A DNA stretch of 64,000 nt, from contig CALWWW010000004.1 of assembly GCA_944385365.1 (NCBI GenBank), positions 7,297 to 71,296 of the forward strand, given 5' to 3'. Numbering within the stretch: the first letter of the stretch is position 1; every line of letters begins with the position of its first letter. Shown one piece after another: positions 44,854 through 54,712 of the stretch. Source of the DNA: an uncultured Oscillospiraceae bacterium (lineage in GTDB: Bacteria > Bacillota > Clostridia > Oscillospirales > Oscillospiraceae). The translations under genes and the position numbers were made by a program. A model generated the notes under the pieces. It was not told the origin of the DNA. It saw nothing but the letters and a program-made list of their open reading frames with translations, and did no database searches.

Positions 44854-46200
44854 ATGGCACAGATGAAACCCCGCACCCTGTCGGGCTTCATGGAGCTGCT
44901 GCCTGCGCCGCAGCAGCAGATGGAGCGCATCATGGAAATCCTGCGGCAGACCTACAGCCGTTACGGCTTCACCCCCCTGGATACCCCGGCCATCGAGTCG
45001 GCGGAGGTACTGCTGGCCAAGGGCGGCGGTGAGACCGAAAAACAGATCTACCGCTTCCAGAAGGGCGACAGCGATCTGGCGCTGCGGTTTGACCTGACCG
45101 TGCCCCTGGCCAAATATGTGGCCCTCCACTACGGCGAACTGACCTTCCCCTTCCGCCGCTATCAGATTGGCAAGGTCTACCGGGGCGAGCGGGCCCAGCG
45201 GGGCCGCTTCCGGGAGTTCTATCAGGCCGATATCGATATCATCGGCGATGGACAGCTGTCCATTCTCAACGAGGCGGAAATTCCCGCCATCATCTATGAG
45301 ACCTTCTCCCGCTTAGGGTTGAAGCGGTTCCAGATTCGTGTCAACAACCGCAAGATTCTCAACGGCTTCTATGCCATGCAGGGCCTGTCCGAGCAGTCCG
45401 GCGACATTATGCGCACCGTGGACAAGCTGGACAAGATCGGACCCGACAAGGTCCGGGTCCTGCTGATGGAGGATGTGGGACTGACGGCGGAGCAGGCCGA
45501 CGAGATTTTGAAATTTATGGCCATTGACGGCGATGTGCTGGCCGCCCTGGGCCAGTATCGGGGCCGGAACGAGGTCTTTGACACGGGTCTGGACGAGCTG
45601 GCCGCCGTGGTGGAGAATCTCTCCAACTTCGGCGTGCCCACGGAGAATTTTGCCGTGGACCTGACCATCGCCCGCGGTCTCGACTATTACACCGGCACGG
45701 TCTATGAGACCATGCTGCTGGATCATCCGGAAATCGGTTCTGTGTGCTCCGGTGGCCGCTATGACAATCTGGCCGGATACTATATCGACAAGCCCCTGCC
45801 CGGCGTGGGCATCTCCATCGGCTTGACCCGTCTGTTTTACGTCTTGGGCGAACAGGGTATGCTGAATCCCACCCTGCCCACGGCCCCGGCCGACGCCCTG
45901 ATTCTGCCAATGACCGAGGATCTGGGTCCCGCCATCCGTCTGGCCACGGCCCTGCGGGCCGATGGCATCCGGACCCAGCTCTATACCGAGGCCAAGAAAT
46001 TCAAGGCCAAAATGAGCTATGCCGACAAGTTGGGCATCCCCTATGTCTTGTTTTTGGGAGAAGATGAAATTGCCCAGGGCAAGTGTTCCGTCAAGGACCT
46101 GCGCACCGGTGTACAGGAGACGGTCAGCCCCGAGGAAGCGGCGGAGAAGATCGCCGCCGGTATTGCCGCCCTCAACGAAGGTCCGGTCATCGTGGAATAA
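44854..46200 (+). CDS. hisS: Histidyl-tRNA synthetase
   Basis: LALRFDLTVP, YRGERAQRGRFREFYQAD, IARGLDYYTG, SGGRYDNL, GISIGLTR. Confidence 0.96.
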   Translation: MAQMKPRTLSGFMELLPAPQQQMERIMEILRQTYSRYGFTPLDTPAIESAEVLLAKGGGETEKQIYRFQKGDSDLALRFDLTVPLAKYVALHYGELTFPFRRYQIGKVYRGERAQRGRFREFYQADIDIIGDGQLSILNEAEIPAIIYETFSRLGLKRFQIRVNNRKILNGFYAMQGLSEQSGDIMRTVDKLDKIGPDKVRVLLMEDVGLTAEQADEILKFMAIDGDVLAALGQYRGRNEVFDTGLDELAAVVENLSNFGVPTENFAVDLTIARGLDYYTGTVYETMLLDHPEIGSVCSGGRYDNLAGYYIDKPLPGVGISIGLTRLFYVLGEQGMLNPTLPTAPADALILPMTEDLGPAIRLATALRADGIRTQLYTEAKKFKAKMSYADKLGIPYVLFLGEDEIAQGKCSVKDLRTGVQETVSPEEAAEKIAAGIAALNEGPVIVE

Positions 46201-46287
46201 GGCCGGACCCCGGACGGCCCAGACCGTACCGGCGGTTCGTCTGTCTCTATCTTGATAATTCCAGAGAAAAAGGAAGGATTTTTCACT

Positions 46288-48069
46288 ATGTTTCAATCGA
46301 GAACCCATACCTGCAATGATCTGCGGCTCTCCGATGCCGGTAAGACGGTCACCATTGTAGGCTGGATGGAAAACGTCCGCGAAGTGGGCGCCAATCTGGC
46401 CTTTGTGGTGGTGCGGGACTTCTACGGCACGACCCAGGTGGTGGTGGAGACCGAAGAGATGATGCAGATCATCAAGCCCTTGAACAAGGAGTCCACCATT
46501 TCCGTCACCGGTACCGTCCGGGAGCGGGCCAGCAAGAACCCCAAGCTGCCCACCGGCGAGATCGAAGTGGTGCCCACCAGCATTTCCGTCCTGGGCCGCT
46601 GCCGCTACAATGAGCTGCCCTTTGAGATCAACCGCAGCCGCGATGCCGACGAGACCCTTCGGCTCAAGTATCGCTATCTGGACCTGCGGAATCCTGCGGT
46701 GAAGAACAATATCATTCTGCGCTGCAACGTGGTTTCGGCTTTGCGCGCCGCCATGACCGCCCATGACTTTCTGGAGATCACCACGCCCATTCTGACGGCT
46801 TCCTCCCCCGAGGGCGCTCGCGACTATCTGGTGCCTGCCCGGAAGCATCCCGGCAAGTTCTACGCCCTGCCCCAGGCGCCCCAGCAGTTCAAGCAGCTGC
46901 TGATGACCTCCGGCTTTGACCGCTATTTCCAGATTGCCCCCTGCTTCCGCGACGAGGACGCCCGCGGCGACCGCAGCCCCGGCGAGTTCTACCAGCTGGA
47001 TATGGAAATGGCCTTTGCTACTCAGGACGACGTGTTTGCCATTCTGGAGGACGTGCTGCCCCCCATTTTTGCCAAGTACGGCAAATACAATGTGGCTTCC
47101 TCCGCGCCCTTCCGCCGCATCGGCTTCAACGAGGCCATGGAGACCTATGGCTCCGACAAGCCCGATCTGCGCATCGACCTGACGGTGCAGGATGCTTCCG
47201 CCTTTGCCGACTGCGGCTTTGAGCCCTTCGCGGGCAACACCGTCAAGGCTGTTGTGGTCTCCGACTGCAAGCTGGCCCGCAAGGCCATCGACAAGCTGCT
47301 GGCTGAGGTGGAGGTCCAAGCGGGTAATAAAGCCTATTGGGTCAAGGTGGACGAGAACGGCGAACTGGCCGGCGGCATTGCCAAATTCCTCACCGGCCGC
47401 AAGGATGAACTGACCGCCGCCCTGGGCCTGAAGCCCGGCGACTTCGTGGGCTTCACCGCCGGTAAGAAGGCCGCCGCTCAGAAGACCGCCGGTGTCCTGC
47501 GGACCAAGCTGGGCTATGCCTGCGAGGGCCACATGGACAAGGAGCGCTATGAGTTCTGCTGGATTGTGGACTTCCCCATGTACGAAATCGGTGAGGAGTC
47601 CGGCGAACTGGAGTTCTGCCACAACCCCTTCTCCATGCCCAACGGCGGCCTGGAGATTCTGGAAAAGGCTGAGCGGGGCGAAATCGATCCCCTGTCCATT
47701 ACGGCCTTCCAGTACGACCTGGTCTGCAACGGCGTGGAGCTGTCCTCCGGCGCGGTGCGGAACCACGACCCGGAGATCATGATCAAGGCATTTGAGATGG
47801 TCCGTCTCGGCGAGGAGGACGTGAAGAGCAAGTTCCCCGCCATGTACAACGCTTTCTGCTACGGTGCGCCCCCCCATGCGGGCATCGCCCCCGGCGTGGA
47901 CCGCATGGTTATGCTGCTGGCCGGCGAGGAGTCCATCCGGGAGATCATCCCCTTCCCCATGAACAAGAACGCCCAGGATATTATGATGGGCGCTCCCTCC
48001 GTCGTGGAGCAGAAGCAGCTGGACGAGCTGCACATTGCCATCACCGCCACGGAAGAAACTGCCCAATAA
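46288..48069 (+). CDS. aspS: Aspartyl-tRNA synthetase
   Basis: RTHTC, RLKYRYLDLR, EGARDYLVP, YALPQAPQQFKQLL, FRDEDARGDR, GAPPHAGIAPGVDR. Confidence 0.96.
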   Translation: MFQSRTHTCNDLRLSDAGKTVTIVGWMENVREVGANLAFVVVRDFYGTTQVVVETEEMMQIIKPLNKESTISVTGTVRERASKNPKLPTGEIEVVPTSISVLGRCRYNELPFEINRSRDADETLRLKYRYLDLRNPAVKNNIILRCNVVSALRAAMTAHDFLEITTPILTASSPEGARDYLVPARKHPGKFYALPQAPQQFKQLLMTSGFDRYFQIAPCFRDEDARGDRSPGEFYQLDMEMAFATQDDVFAILEDVLPPIFAKYGKYNVASSAPFRRIGFNEAMETYGSDKPDLRIDLTVQDASAFADCGFEPFAGNTVKAVVVSDCKLARKAIDKLLAEVEVQAGNKAYWVKVDENGELAGGIAKFLTGRKDELTAALGLKPGDFVGFTAGKKAAAQKTAGVLRTKLGYACEGHMDKERYEFCWIVDFPMYEIGEESGELEFCHNPFSMPNGGLEILEKAERGEIDPLSITAFQYDLVCNGVELSSGAVRNHDPEIMIKAFEMVRLGEEDVKSKFPAMYNAFCYGAPPHAGIAPGVDRMVMLLAGEESIREIIPFPMNKNAQDIMMGAPSVVEQKQLDELHIAITATEETAQ

Positions 48070-48080
48070 ATTACAACAAT

Positions 48081-48117
48081 ACGCGCCCGGATTTCTACGG
48101 AAATCCGGGCGCGTTTG
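48081..48117. terminator. Terminator downstream of aspS
   Basis: ACGCGCCCGGATTTC-TACG-GAAATCCGGGCGCGT. Confidence 0.7.
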
Positions 48118-48918
48118 TCATCCTGCCCCAAAGAGATGATCGAGACTTTCAAACCGGTACCCCATGTCCTCCCACTTGGTCAGCAGCTCATCGAGAATGG
48201 CCGCGTTGGTGGCCGAGGTGGAGTGGAGCAGCAGCACGGCTCCATTGTGGATGCGGGGAATCAGCTTGGAGAAGGCTTCCTCCCTGGTGGGTTGATCGTC
48301 GGTGTTCCAGTCCACATAGGCCAGGCTCCAGAATACGGTCCGATAGCCCATCTCCTTGGCCATTTGCAGATTCTCCGGGCTGTATTCGCCCTGGGGCGGC
48401 CGGTAGTACCGGGGCAGCTCCTGCCCGGTGATGTCCCGGTAGCTGTCCTCCACGGCTTTCAGTTCGGCGGAAAAGGCGTCCGGGTCGGAGATCTCCGACA
48501 TGTTTTTGTGATGGTAGGTGTGATTGCCCACAATGTGGCCCTCGTCCACCATCCGCTGTACCAGCTCCGGCGCCGTTTCCAGATAGTTGCCCACCAGGAA
48601 AAAGGCTGCCGGGGCGTGATGGGCCGCCAGCACATCGAGAATCTGCGTGGTGTACCCGTTCTCGTACCCGGCGTCAAAGGTCAGATAGAGCACAGGCTCC
48701 GATGTGTTGCCCACATAGACGGCGTCATAGCCGGAGAGCGCCTCGCTGCTGACGGTGCCGATGGGCGCTTCCCCCTCCTGCTGAAAGCTGAGCCCCCAGG
48801 AGCCCACGGGAATTGCCTTGCCGCCGCCCAGCAGCAGAAAGAGACTCAGGGCCGCCAGCAGACAGACGGTGATCAAAATCCGCTGACGGACCCGGTACTG
48901 CCAGAATTTTTTGGTCAT
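48118..48918 (-). CDS. Polysaccharide deacetylase, PdaA-like (spore cortex muramic delta-lactam synthesis)
   Basis: LYLTFDAGYENG, GHIVGNHTYHH, YYRPPQGEYS, WSLAYVDW, HNGAVLLLH. Confidence 0.88.
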   Translation of the reverse strand: MTKKFWQYRVRQRILITVCLLAALSLFLLLGGGKAIPVGSWGLSFQQEGEAPIGTVSSEALSGYDAVYVGNTSEPVLYLTFDAGYENGYTTQILDVLAAHHAPAAFFLVGNYLETAPELVQRMVDEGHIVGNHTYHHKNMSEISDPDAFSAELKAVEDSYRDITGQELPRYYRPPQGEYSPENLQMAKEMGYRTVFWSLAYVDWNTDDQPTREEAFSKLIPRIHNGAVLLLHSTSATNAAILDELLTKWEDMGYRFESLDHLFGAG

Positions 48919-48936
48919 TCCAACCACCTCCCCTTT

Positions 48937-48966
48937 ATCCTATGGGACAGGTTGCCGGGGTAGACA
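48937..48966 (-). promoter_or_regulatory. Putative sporulation-sigma (sigma-E-like) promoter of the pdaA-like gene
   Basis: Minus strand GTCTA-16 nt-CATAGGAT, followed by RBS GGGGAGG. Confidence 0.4.
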
Positions 48967-49062
48967 CGAAATCTGATACCATAAAATAATATAAAATTGA
49001 CTATTCCATACAGTCAGTTGGGGCGGTACAATGGGACCCAAGAACCAAAGGAGGAAGGACCC

Positions 49063-49905
49063 ATGAAACGTATCATCACCATCCAGGATATCTCCTGCCT
49101 GGGCAAATGCTCCCTGACCGTGGCCCTGCCCGTTATTTCCGCCATGGGCGTGGAGTGCGCCATTCTGCCTACGGCGGTACTTTCCACCCATACCATGTTC
49201 CAGAATTTCACCTGCAAGGACCTGACGGACCAGATCGGACCCATTGCTCACCACTGGAAGCAGGAAAACATTCACTTTGACGCCATCTATACGGGCTATC
49301 TGGCCTCTGCCGAGCAGATTGACGATGTGTGCCGCTTCTTTGACCAGTTTAAAACCGAGGACAATTTTATTTTCGTGGACCCGGTTATGGCGGATAACGG
49401 CAAGCTGTACGCCGCCTTTGATGAAGCGTTTCCCAGGGAAATGGCGAAAGTCTGCGCCAAGGCCGACATTATCGTGCCCAATCTGACGGAGGCGTCGCTG
49501 CTGACGGGTCTCCCCTACCGCACCGATTACGACGAGGGCTACCTCAAAGAGCTGCTGCAGGGGCTGGCGTCCCTGGGGCCCCGTCATGTGGTCGTCACCG
49601 GCGTGCGGCCTGCCGAAGGCCGTGTAGGTGTCATGGCCTACGATCAGAAGACCGGCGAGACCTTTACCTACTATAATGAATTGCTGCCGGTCTCCTACCA
49701 CGGCACCGGCGACATCTTTGCCTCCACCTGCGTCGGCGGATTGATGAACGGGCTGGATTTGGGACAGGCGCTGACCCTGGCCGCCGATTACACCCGCCGC
49801 ACTATCGATGTCACTACCCACACGACGGATTCCAACTGGTACGGTGTGGAATTTGAGCGGGCCATTCCCGATTTGCTGGAGCACCTAAAAAGATTGAAAG
49901 GCTAA
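49063..49905 (+). CDS. pdxK: Pyridoxal/pyridoxamine kinase (PfkB-fold)
   Basis: IQDISCLGKCSL, LPTAVLSTHT, AIYTGYL, VDPVMADNG, PNLTEA, YHGTGDIFAS. Confidence 0.88.
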   Translation: MKRIITIQDISCLGKCSLTVALPVISAMGVECAILPTAVLSTHTMFQNFTCKDLTDQIGPIAHHWKQENIHFDAIYTGYLASAEQIDDVCRFFDQFKTEDNFIFVDPVMADNGKLYAAFDEAFPREMAKVCAKADIIVPNLTEASLLTGLPYRTDYDEGYLKELLQGLASLGPRHVVVTGVRPAEGRVGVMAYDQKTGETFTYYNELLPVSYHGTGDIFASTCVGGLMNGLDLGQALTLAADYTRRTIDVTTHTTDSNWYGVEFERAIPDLLEHLKRLKG

Positions 49906-50000
49906 CAAATTTTTTGTTTGCCTTTTACAAAATTTGTGGTAGAATAGGAATAGAAGTGGTGCAAACCAACAAAAACGCCCCACAGGAAAGGAGCGCTGAC

Positions 50001-51365
50001 ATGGAGAAGCGCAACAGAGACACTCTATTCCAGTTCACGGGCCGTCCCCCACTGGGTTCTGCCCTCTCCCTTGCACTGCAGCATCTGGTGGCAATGATCG
50101 TCGGCTGTGTGACACCGGCGATTATCGTTGCCAATGCGGTAGGAATGCCCCAGTATCAGCAGGTGCTGCTGATTCAATCCTCTCTGGTGGTATCGGCTTT
50201 ATCCACGCTGGTGCAGTTGTTCCCCTTGGGGCCGAAAGCGCTGCGCTTAGGCGCGGGTCTGCCGGTGATCTTGGGCGTCAGCTTTGCCTATGTTCCCAGT
50301 ATGCAGGCCATTGCCAGTGGCGGCGGCGGTGTGGCGGCGATTGCCGGAGCCATGGTGGTGGGCGGTATTGTGGCCCTGATTGTGGGACTTGCGGTGGATA
50401 AAATCCGTGTGTTTTTCCCGCCGGTCATCACCGGTACCGTGGTCTTTACCATCGGCCTGTCCCTCTATCCCACGGCCATCAACTATATGGCCGGCGGCAC
50501 CGGCAACACGGCAGAGGCTGTCGCGGCGGCTGGTCTGCCTGAGTCCATGATCTACGGCTCCTGGCAGAACTGGCTGGTGGCTGTGGCGACTCTGATTGCG
50601 GTTATGGTACTGAATCAGAAAGGCAAGGGCATCTGCAAGCTGGCGTCCATTTTGCTGGGTATGGTGTTCGGCTATATTCTGTCGGCGTTTTTTGGCATGG
50701 TGAGCTTTGATAAGGTAGGGCAGGCTGCTTGGTTTGCCCTGCCGGAAATATTGCCCTTTGGCATCACCTTTGAGCCGTCGGCCTGCATTGCCATTGGGTT
50801 GCTGTTTGCCATCAACGCCATCCAGGCCATTGGTGACTTTACGGCCACTACCGTAGGCGGCCTGGACCGGGAGCCTACAAATCCGGAGCTGCGCGGCGGT
50901 ATTTCCGCTTACGGCATCACCAACATTTTAGCGGCGTTTGTGGGCGGTCTGCCCACGGCCACCTATTCCCAGAACGTGGGCATCGTCACCACCAACAAGG
51001 TGGTCAACCGGACGGTGTTTACGCTGGCGGCGGGCTTCCTGCTGCTGGCCGGTGTGTCGCCCAAGTTCTCGGCGCTGCTGACCACCATCCCCCAGTGCGT
51101 CCTGGGCGGCGCGACGATTACCGTGTTCTCCACCATTGCCATGACCGGTATGAAGCTCATTGCTTCCGCCAAGCTGGACGCCCGGAACACCACCATCGTC
51201 GGCCTCAGCGCCGCGCTGGGCGTGGGCATCTCCCAGTCCTCTGCGGCATTGAGCCAGTTCCCCGAAAGCGTGGCTATGATTTTCGGCAAAAGCCCTGTGG
51301 TCATTGCCACCATTCTGGCTGTGGTTCTGAACCTGCTGCTGCCAAAAGAGCAGAAAGAATCCTGA
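50001..51365 (+). CDS. NCS2/NAT nucleobase permease, xanthine-type signature
   Basis: ALQHLVAM, FPPVITG, signature TYSQNVGIV (Gln at the XanQ-324-equivalent position), VLGGA. Confidence 0.88.
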   Translation: MEKRNRDTLFQFTGRPPLGSALSLALQHLVAMIVGCVTPAIIVANAVGMPQYQQVLLIQSSLVVSALSTLVQLFPLGPKALRLGAGLPVILGVSFAYVPSMQAIASGGGGVAAIAGAMVVGGIVALIVGLAVDKIRVFFPPVITGTVVFTIGLSLYPTAINYMAGGTGNTAEAVAAAGLPESMIYGSWQNWLVAVATLIAVMVLNQKGKGICKLASILLGMVFGYILSAFFGMVSFDKVGQAAWFALPEILPFGITFEPSACIAIGLLFAINAIQAIGDFTATTVGGLDREPTNPELRGGISAYGITNILAAFVGGLPTATYSQNVGIVTTNKVVNRTVFTLAAGFLLLAGVSPKFSALLTTIPQCVLGGATITVFSTIAMTGMKLIASAKLDARNTTIVGLSAALGVGISQSSAALSQFPESVAMIFGKSPVVIATILAVVLNLLLPKEQKES

Positions 51366-51373
51366 TAATACAT

Positions 51374-51411
51374 AAAAACCACCTGAAATCATCGATTTCA
51401 GGTGGTTTTTT
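51374..51411. terminator. Bidirectional terminator
   Basis: AAAAACCACCTGAAATC-ATC-GATTTCAGGTGGTTTTT. Confidence 0.8.
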
Positions 51412-51417
51412 GCAATA

Positions 51418-52692
51418 TTACAAGCTCAGGTCACTATTGGCACGGGCACGGCGGTCAATCAAGGACTGAATGACCGGAACCAAAATGATAGCCACCAGAC
51501 CGCCGGCAAATCCGTTGTTATAGAGGTTCATACCGCTGTTGATCATGCCCACGTTGAGGGCCACCGATGAATGCAGATACCCGGCAATGATACCGGCAAT
51601 GATGCCGAATTCTCCGGCAATGGGTGCCAAAGTCGTAGAAAACAGGAACGCCAGGGTACAGCTGGGATCGGTAATGCTCCAATTTTTGGTCAGGCTGCCC
51701 AGGTATACGCCGGCCATGATGGGCAAAATGTTGCGGATGTGCTTGCCAGTGGCGGAGAAGCCCACAATGGTAAAGATACCGCCGATGGTGGGACCGTTGA
51801 TATCGCAGCCCATGGCCAGCAGCAGCAGCGTGGCCACTGTGCCGTTGATGCCCATGTTGAAGTAGACACAGGCGGGACCAAAGGCTTTGAAGTAGTCCGT
51901 ATGGGACGTGCCGCTGGTTTGCAGCAGCATTCGATAGCCCACCAAAACCTCCTGCCGGTGGAGAACCAGCGGCAGAATGATCCAGACGGCAAACAGGCCC
52001 AGGAGAATGCTGCCGAAGAGCAAATCATAATCGGTGGCCCAGATCAGCCGGGAGTGAATGGTGATATCAAAGGAGCGGAACAGGGACACCACCACCGTGG
52101 CAATAATGCCGCAGGCCAGACCCACGTTGTACAGGGAATAGCCCTTGTGGGCGTAATAGGTGTGGGTGGACAGAGGCGGCAGAATAAAGCCGATCAGCAG
52201 CCCCGTAGCGCCGGAGAGCAGCAGCCGCACCGGTACCGGCAGGGTGTCGATGTGCATGATCTGTGTGATGATGGGCGACAGTGAGGTGCCGTACAGGCCC
52301 ACATACAGGTACTTGGTGATGCTGACCCGGTGGAAGCGGGCGTACAGACAAACACCCAGCATAATGGTCCAGATGTTGAGAATGTTTTTGCCGAACAGAG
52401 AAAATCCGAACAGCAGAGCTGTGGATGTAATGGTGTGACTGTCAAATTCCATGCCCAGCAAATAGATAATTAAAATACACAGTAAGGTGGAAACGCTGGC
52501 ATTGAACAGCGCCGCGCCGGGGCCGCCCACCACAAAATAGTCGGTGATCAGAAAGTCGGGACTTTCCACAATGGCCACCAAACCCTGGAGAATCTCGTCA
52601 AAGGGCTGAATGAAAAAGGAAATAATCAGGAAATACAGGGGGGACAGGGCCAGCAGCAAAAATCTGCGCCTGCGTAAAGCTTCCTGTTGCAT
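51418..52692 (-). CDS. DUF1576-like polytopic membrane protein
   Basis: Highly hydrophobic, with an internal repeat; LITDYFVVGG, GYSLYNVG, LAPIAG, GMNLYNNGFAGG. Confidence 0.75.
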   Translation of the reverse strand: MQQEALRRRRFLLLALSPLYFLIISFFIQPFDEILQGLVAIVESPDFLITDYFVVGGPGAALFNASVSTLLCILIIYLLGMEFDSHTITSTALLFGFSLFGKNILNIWTIMLGVCLYARFHRVSITKYLYVGLYGTSLSPIITQIMHIDTLPVPVRLLLSGATGLLIGFILPPLSTHTYYAHKGYSLYNVGLACGIIATVVVSLFRSFDITIHSRLIWATDYDLLFGSILLGLFAVWIILPLVLHRQEVLVGYRMLLQTSGTSHTDYFKAFGPACVYFNMGINGTVATLLLLAMGCDINGPTIGGIFTIVGFSATGKHIRNILPIMAGVYLGSLTKNWSITDPSCTLAFLFSTTLAPIAGEFGIIAGIIAGYLHSSVALNVGMINSGMNLYNNGFAGGLVAIILVPVIQSLIDRRARANSDLSL

Positions 52693-52829
52693 GGGAACCA
52701 CTCCTCGCCGTCAGAGTATTGAGTCAGAATCATAAATATGCCCGACAGTTGCGGGGAATACGGCCGAAATGGCCAGTTCTTATAAAAAAAGCATACCATA
52801 AAATTGCAGTGTGTGCAAGAAAAGAATCA

Positions 52830-52859
52830 GCCCGTGGGATGCTGCCGCATCCCACGGGC
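52830..52859 (-). terminator. Terminator downstream of the membrane MCP gene
   Basis: GCCCGTGGGATGC-TGCC-GCATCCCACGGGC, followed by a T-rich tract on the minus strand. Confidence 0.65.
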
Positions 52860-52875
52860 AATAAGCGTTATGGAA

Positions 52876-54648
52876 TCAATACTTGTCGGAGACGTACCCG
52901 GCGGCCTGGGGCGCACGGGCGGAACCGCTGTCGCGGGAATCCGCAGCGCCGGCGGCAGTGGCGGGCGTACCCTTGAGGCGGAACTGATCCAGCAGATTCT
53001 TCATGATGGAAGCCTGGCTGGACAGCTGCTGGCTGGCGGCAGCGCTCTCCTCGGCGGTGGCGGAGTTGGTCTGCACCACGCTGGAAATCTGGTCGATGCC
53101 CACGGAGATCTGGGTAATGGCGTCGGCCTGCTCGCTGGAAGCATGGGCGATCTTTTCGATCATGGTCAGAATATCCTCGGCGGAAGTGGCCACATCGTTG
53201 AACGCCGTGTCGGTGCGGTGGGCAATCTCCTCGCCACGGGAAACATGCTGCAGGGAGTTCTTGATAAGGCCGGTGGTCTCCTGGGCGGCGTCGGCGGACT
53301 TCTGTGCCAGGGAACGGACCTCATCGGCCACCACGGCAAAGCCCTTGCCGGCGTTGCCCGCACGGGCGGCCTCGACCGCGGCGTTGAGGGCCAGAATGTT
53401 GGTCTGGAACGCGATATCGTCGATGACCTTGATGATGCTTTGGATGTTGTTGGCGGCGGCGGCAATGTCCCGGATGGCGCTGAGCAGCTGGGTCATCTCG
53501 TCCTTGCCACGGGTGACGGTTTCCCGGGCCGTCTGGCCCAGCTGGTTGGCCTTGCGGGAGAACTCGGCGGTGTCGTTGATCCGGCCGGTGATTTCGCTGA
53601 TGGCGGCGGACAACTCTTCGACGCTGCTGGCCTGCTCCGTAGCGCCCTGGGCCAGAGCCTGGGCGCCGTCGGCCACCTGATCGGAACCGGCGTTCACCTG
53701 AGCGGCAGACATGCCCAGATCGCCCAGCGCGGCGCACAGCTTATCCTGGAAGTTCTCAATGGAGTGCTGAATGTTGGCGAAGTCGCCCAGGAACGGCAGG
53801 GGGCATTCGCAGGAGAAGTTGCCGCTGGCAAATTCGCTCATGCCGTAGTCGATGGCGGAGATGTACTTGTTCAGTTCGCCAAAGGAGAAGTTGAGGCGTC
53901 TGGCCACCTTGCCGAATTCATTGGCGCCGTCATATTCCACATGGGCGCTGAGCTTGCCCTGAGACAGGTCATCGGCGGCCTTGTAAATCTGGTTGAGCAC
54001 GTTGTTGAGCTGATGGGTGGTGTTGAAAGCCACATACAGGCTGACGGCCAGGGCCAGGGCGAAGAAGACAATCAGAATGATGATGAACGTGCGCAGATTA
54101 TTCATTACCTTGGTTTCCTGGGCGGACTCCAGGCTGGAGATGGAGCTGTCCAGCTCTTCGGAGATAGACCGCAGCTCTGCCAGCGTGGGAGAACATTCCT
54201 CCATGACCATGGTAGCGGCGCCCTTCATATCGCCCTCTTCCACCAGAGCCAGCACATTGGCGGCAATCTGCGTCCAGTTGTCAAAGGCGTTCTGATACTT
54301 CTGTGCGAGACCGTCGGAGGTGCCGTGAGTTTCGGCAAACAGATCGATATTGGTCTGTACATCTGCCAGACTGCTCTCGACACTGGCTTTCAGATCCGGA
54401 ATGTGTGCGGTGTCTTCATTGGCCAGAGCAATGACCATTTCCCGCAGGTCACGGGTGGCAGCGTTGATGCCGATACGACAGTCCTTGACAGCTGTAGAGG
54501 AGGCGATGATCTGATTGGTCAGAACATTCGTATTGGCGCGAATATTGAGCAGACCCGCGACACCCAGGGCGCAAATAATGGTTGCCAGAACAATGATGGT
54601 GGAAAAGATGGTCAACAGATACGTTTTGATTTTTGTCTTGTGAAACAT
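52876..54648 (-). CDS. Membrane-bound methyl-accepting chemotaxis protein (4-helix-bundle sensor, HAMP)
   Basis: Two TM helices, HAMP (DDLSQGKL...NEFGKVA), [40 protein letters not shown]. Confidence 0.93.
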   Translation of the reverse strand: MFHKTKIKTYLLTIFSTIIVLATIICALGVAGLLNIRANTNVLTNQIIASSTAVKDCRIGINAATRDLREMVIALANEDTAHIPDLKASVESSLADVQTNIDLFAETHGTSDGLAQKYQNAFDNWTQIAANVLALVEEGDMKGAATMVMEECSPTLAELRSISEELDSSISSLESAQETKVMNNLRTFIIILIVFFALALAVSLYVAFNTTHQLNNVLNQIYKAADDLSQGKLSAHVEYDGANEFGKVARRLNFSFGELNKYISAIDYGMSEFASGNFSCECPLPFLGDFANIQHSIENFQDKLCAALGDLGMSAAQVNAGSDQVADGAQALAQGATEQASSVEELSAAISEITGRINDTAEFSRKANQLGQTARETVTRGKDEMTQLLSAIRDIAAAANNIQSIIKVIDDIAFQTNILALNAAVEAARAGNAGKGFAVVADEVRSLAQKSADAAQETTGLIKNSLQHVSRGEEIAHRTDTAFNDVATSAEDILTMIEKIAHASSEQADAITQISVGIDQISSVVQTNSATAEESAAASQQLSSQASIMKNLLDQFRLKGTPATAAGAADSRDSGSARAPQAAGYVSDKY

Positions 54649-54712
54649 ACAGGCTCCTCCTCATTTTCGTCTTGTAAACTGTGCCGTAACGCGACGGCGG
54701 GGCAGTGGATGC

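Noticed and set aside
45313-48066. 917-aa ORF on the - strand
   Set aside because: Antisense shadow of hisS-aspS.
49906-50000. Purine riboswitch ahead of the xanthine-type permease
   Set aside because: Expected from context, but the gap is short and lacks the purine aptamer core.
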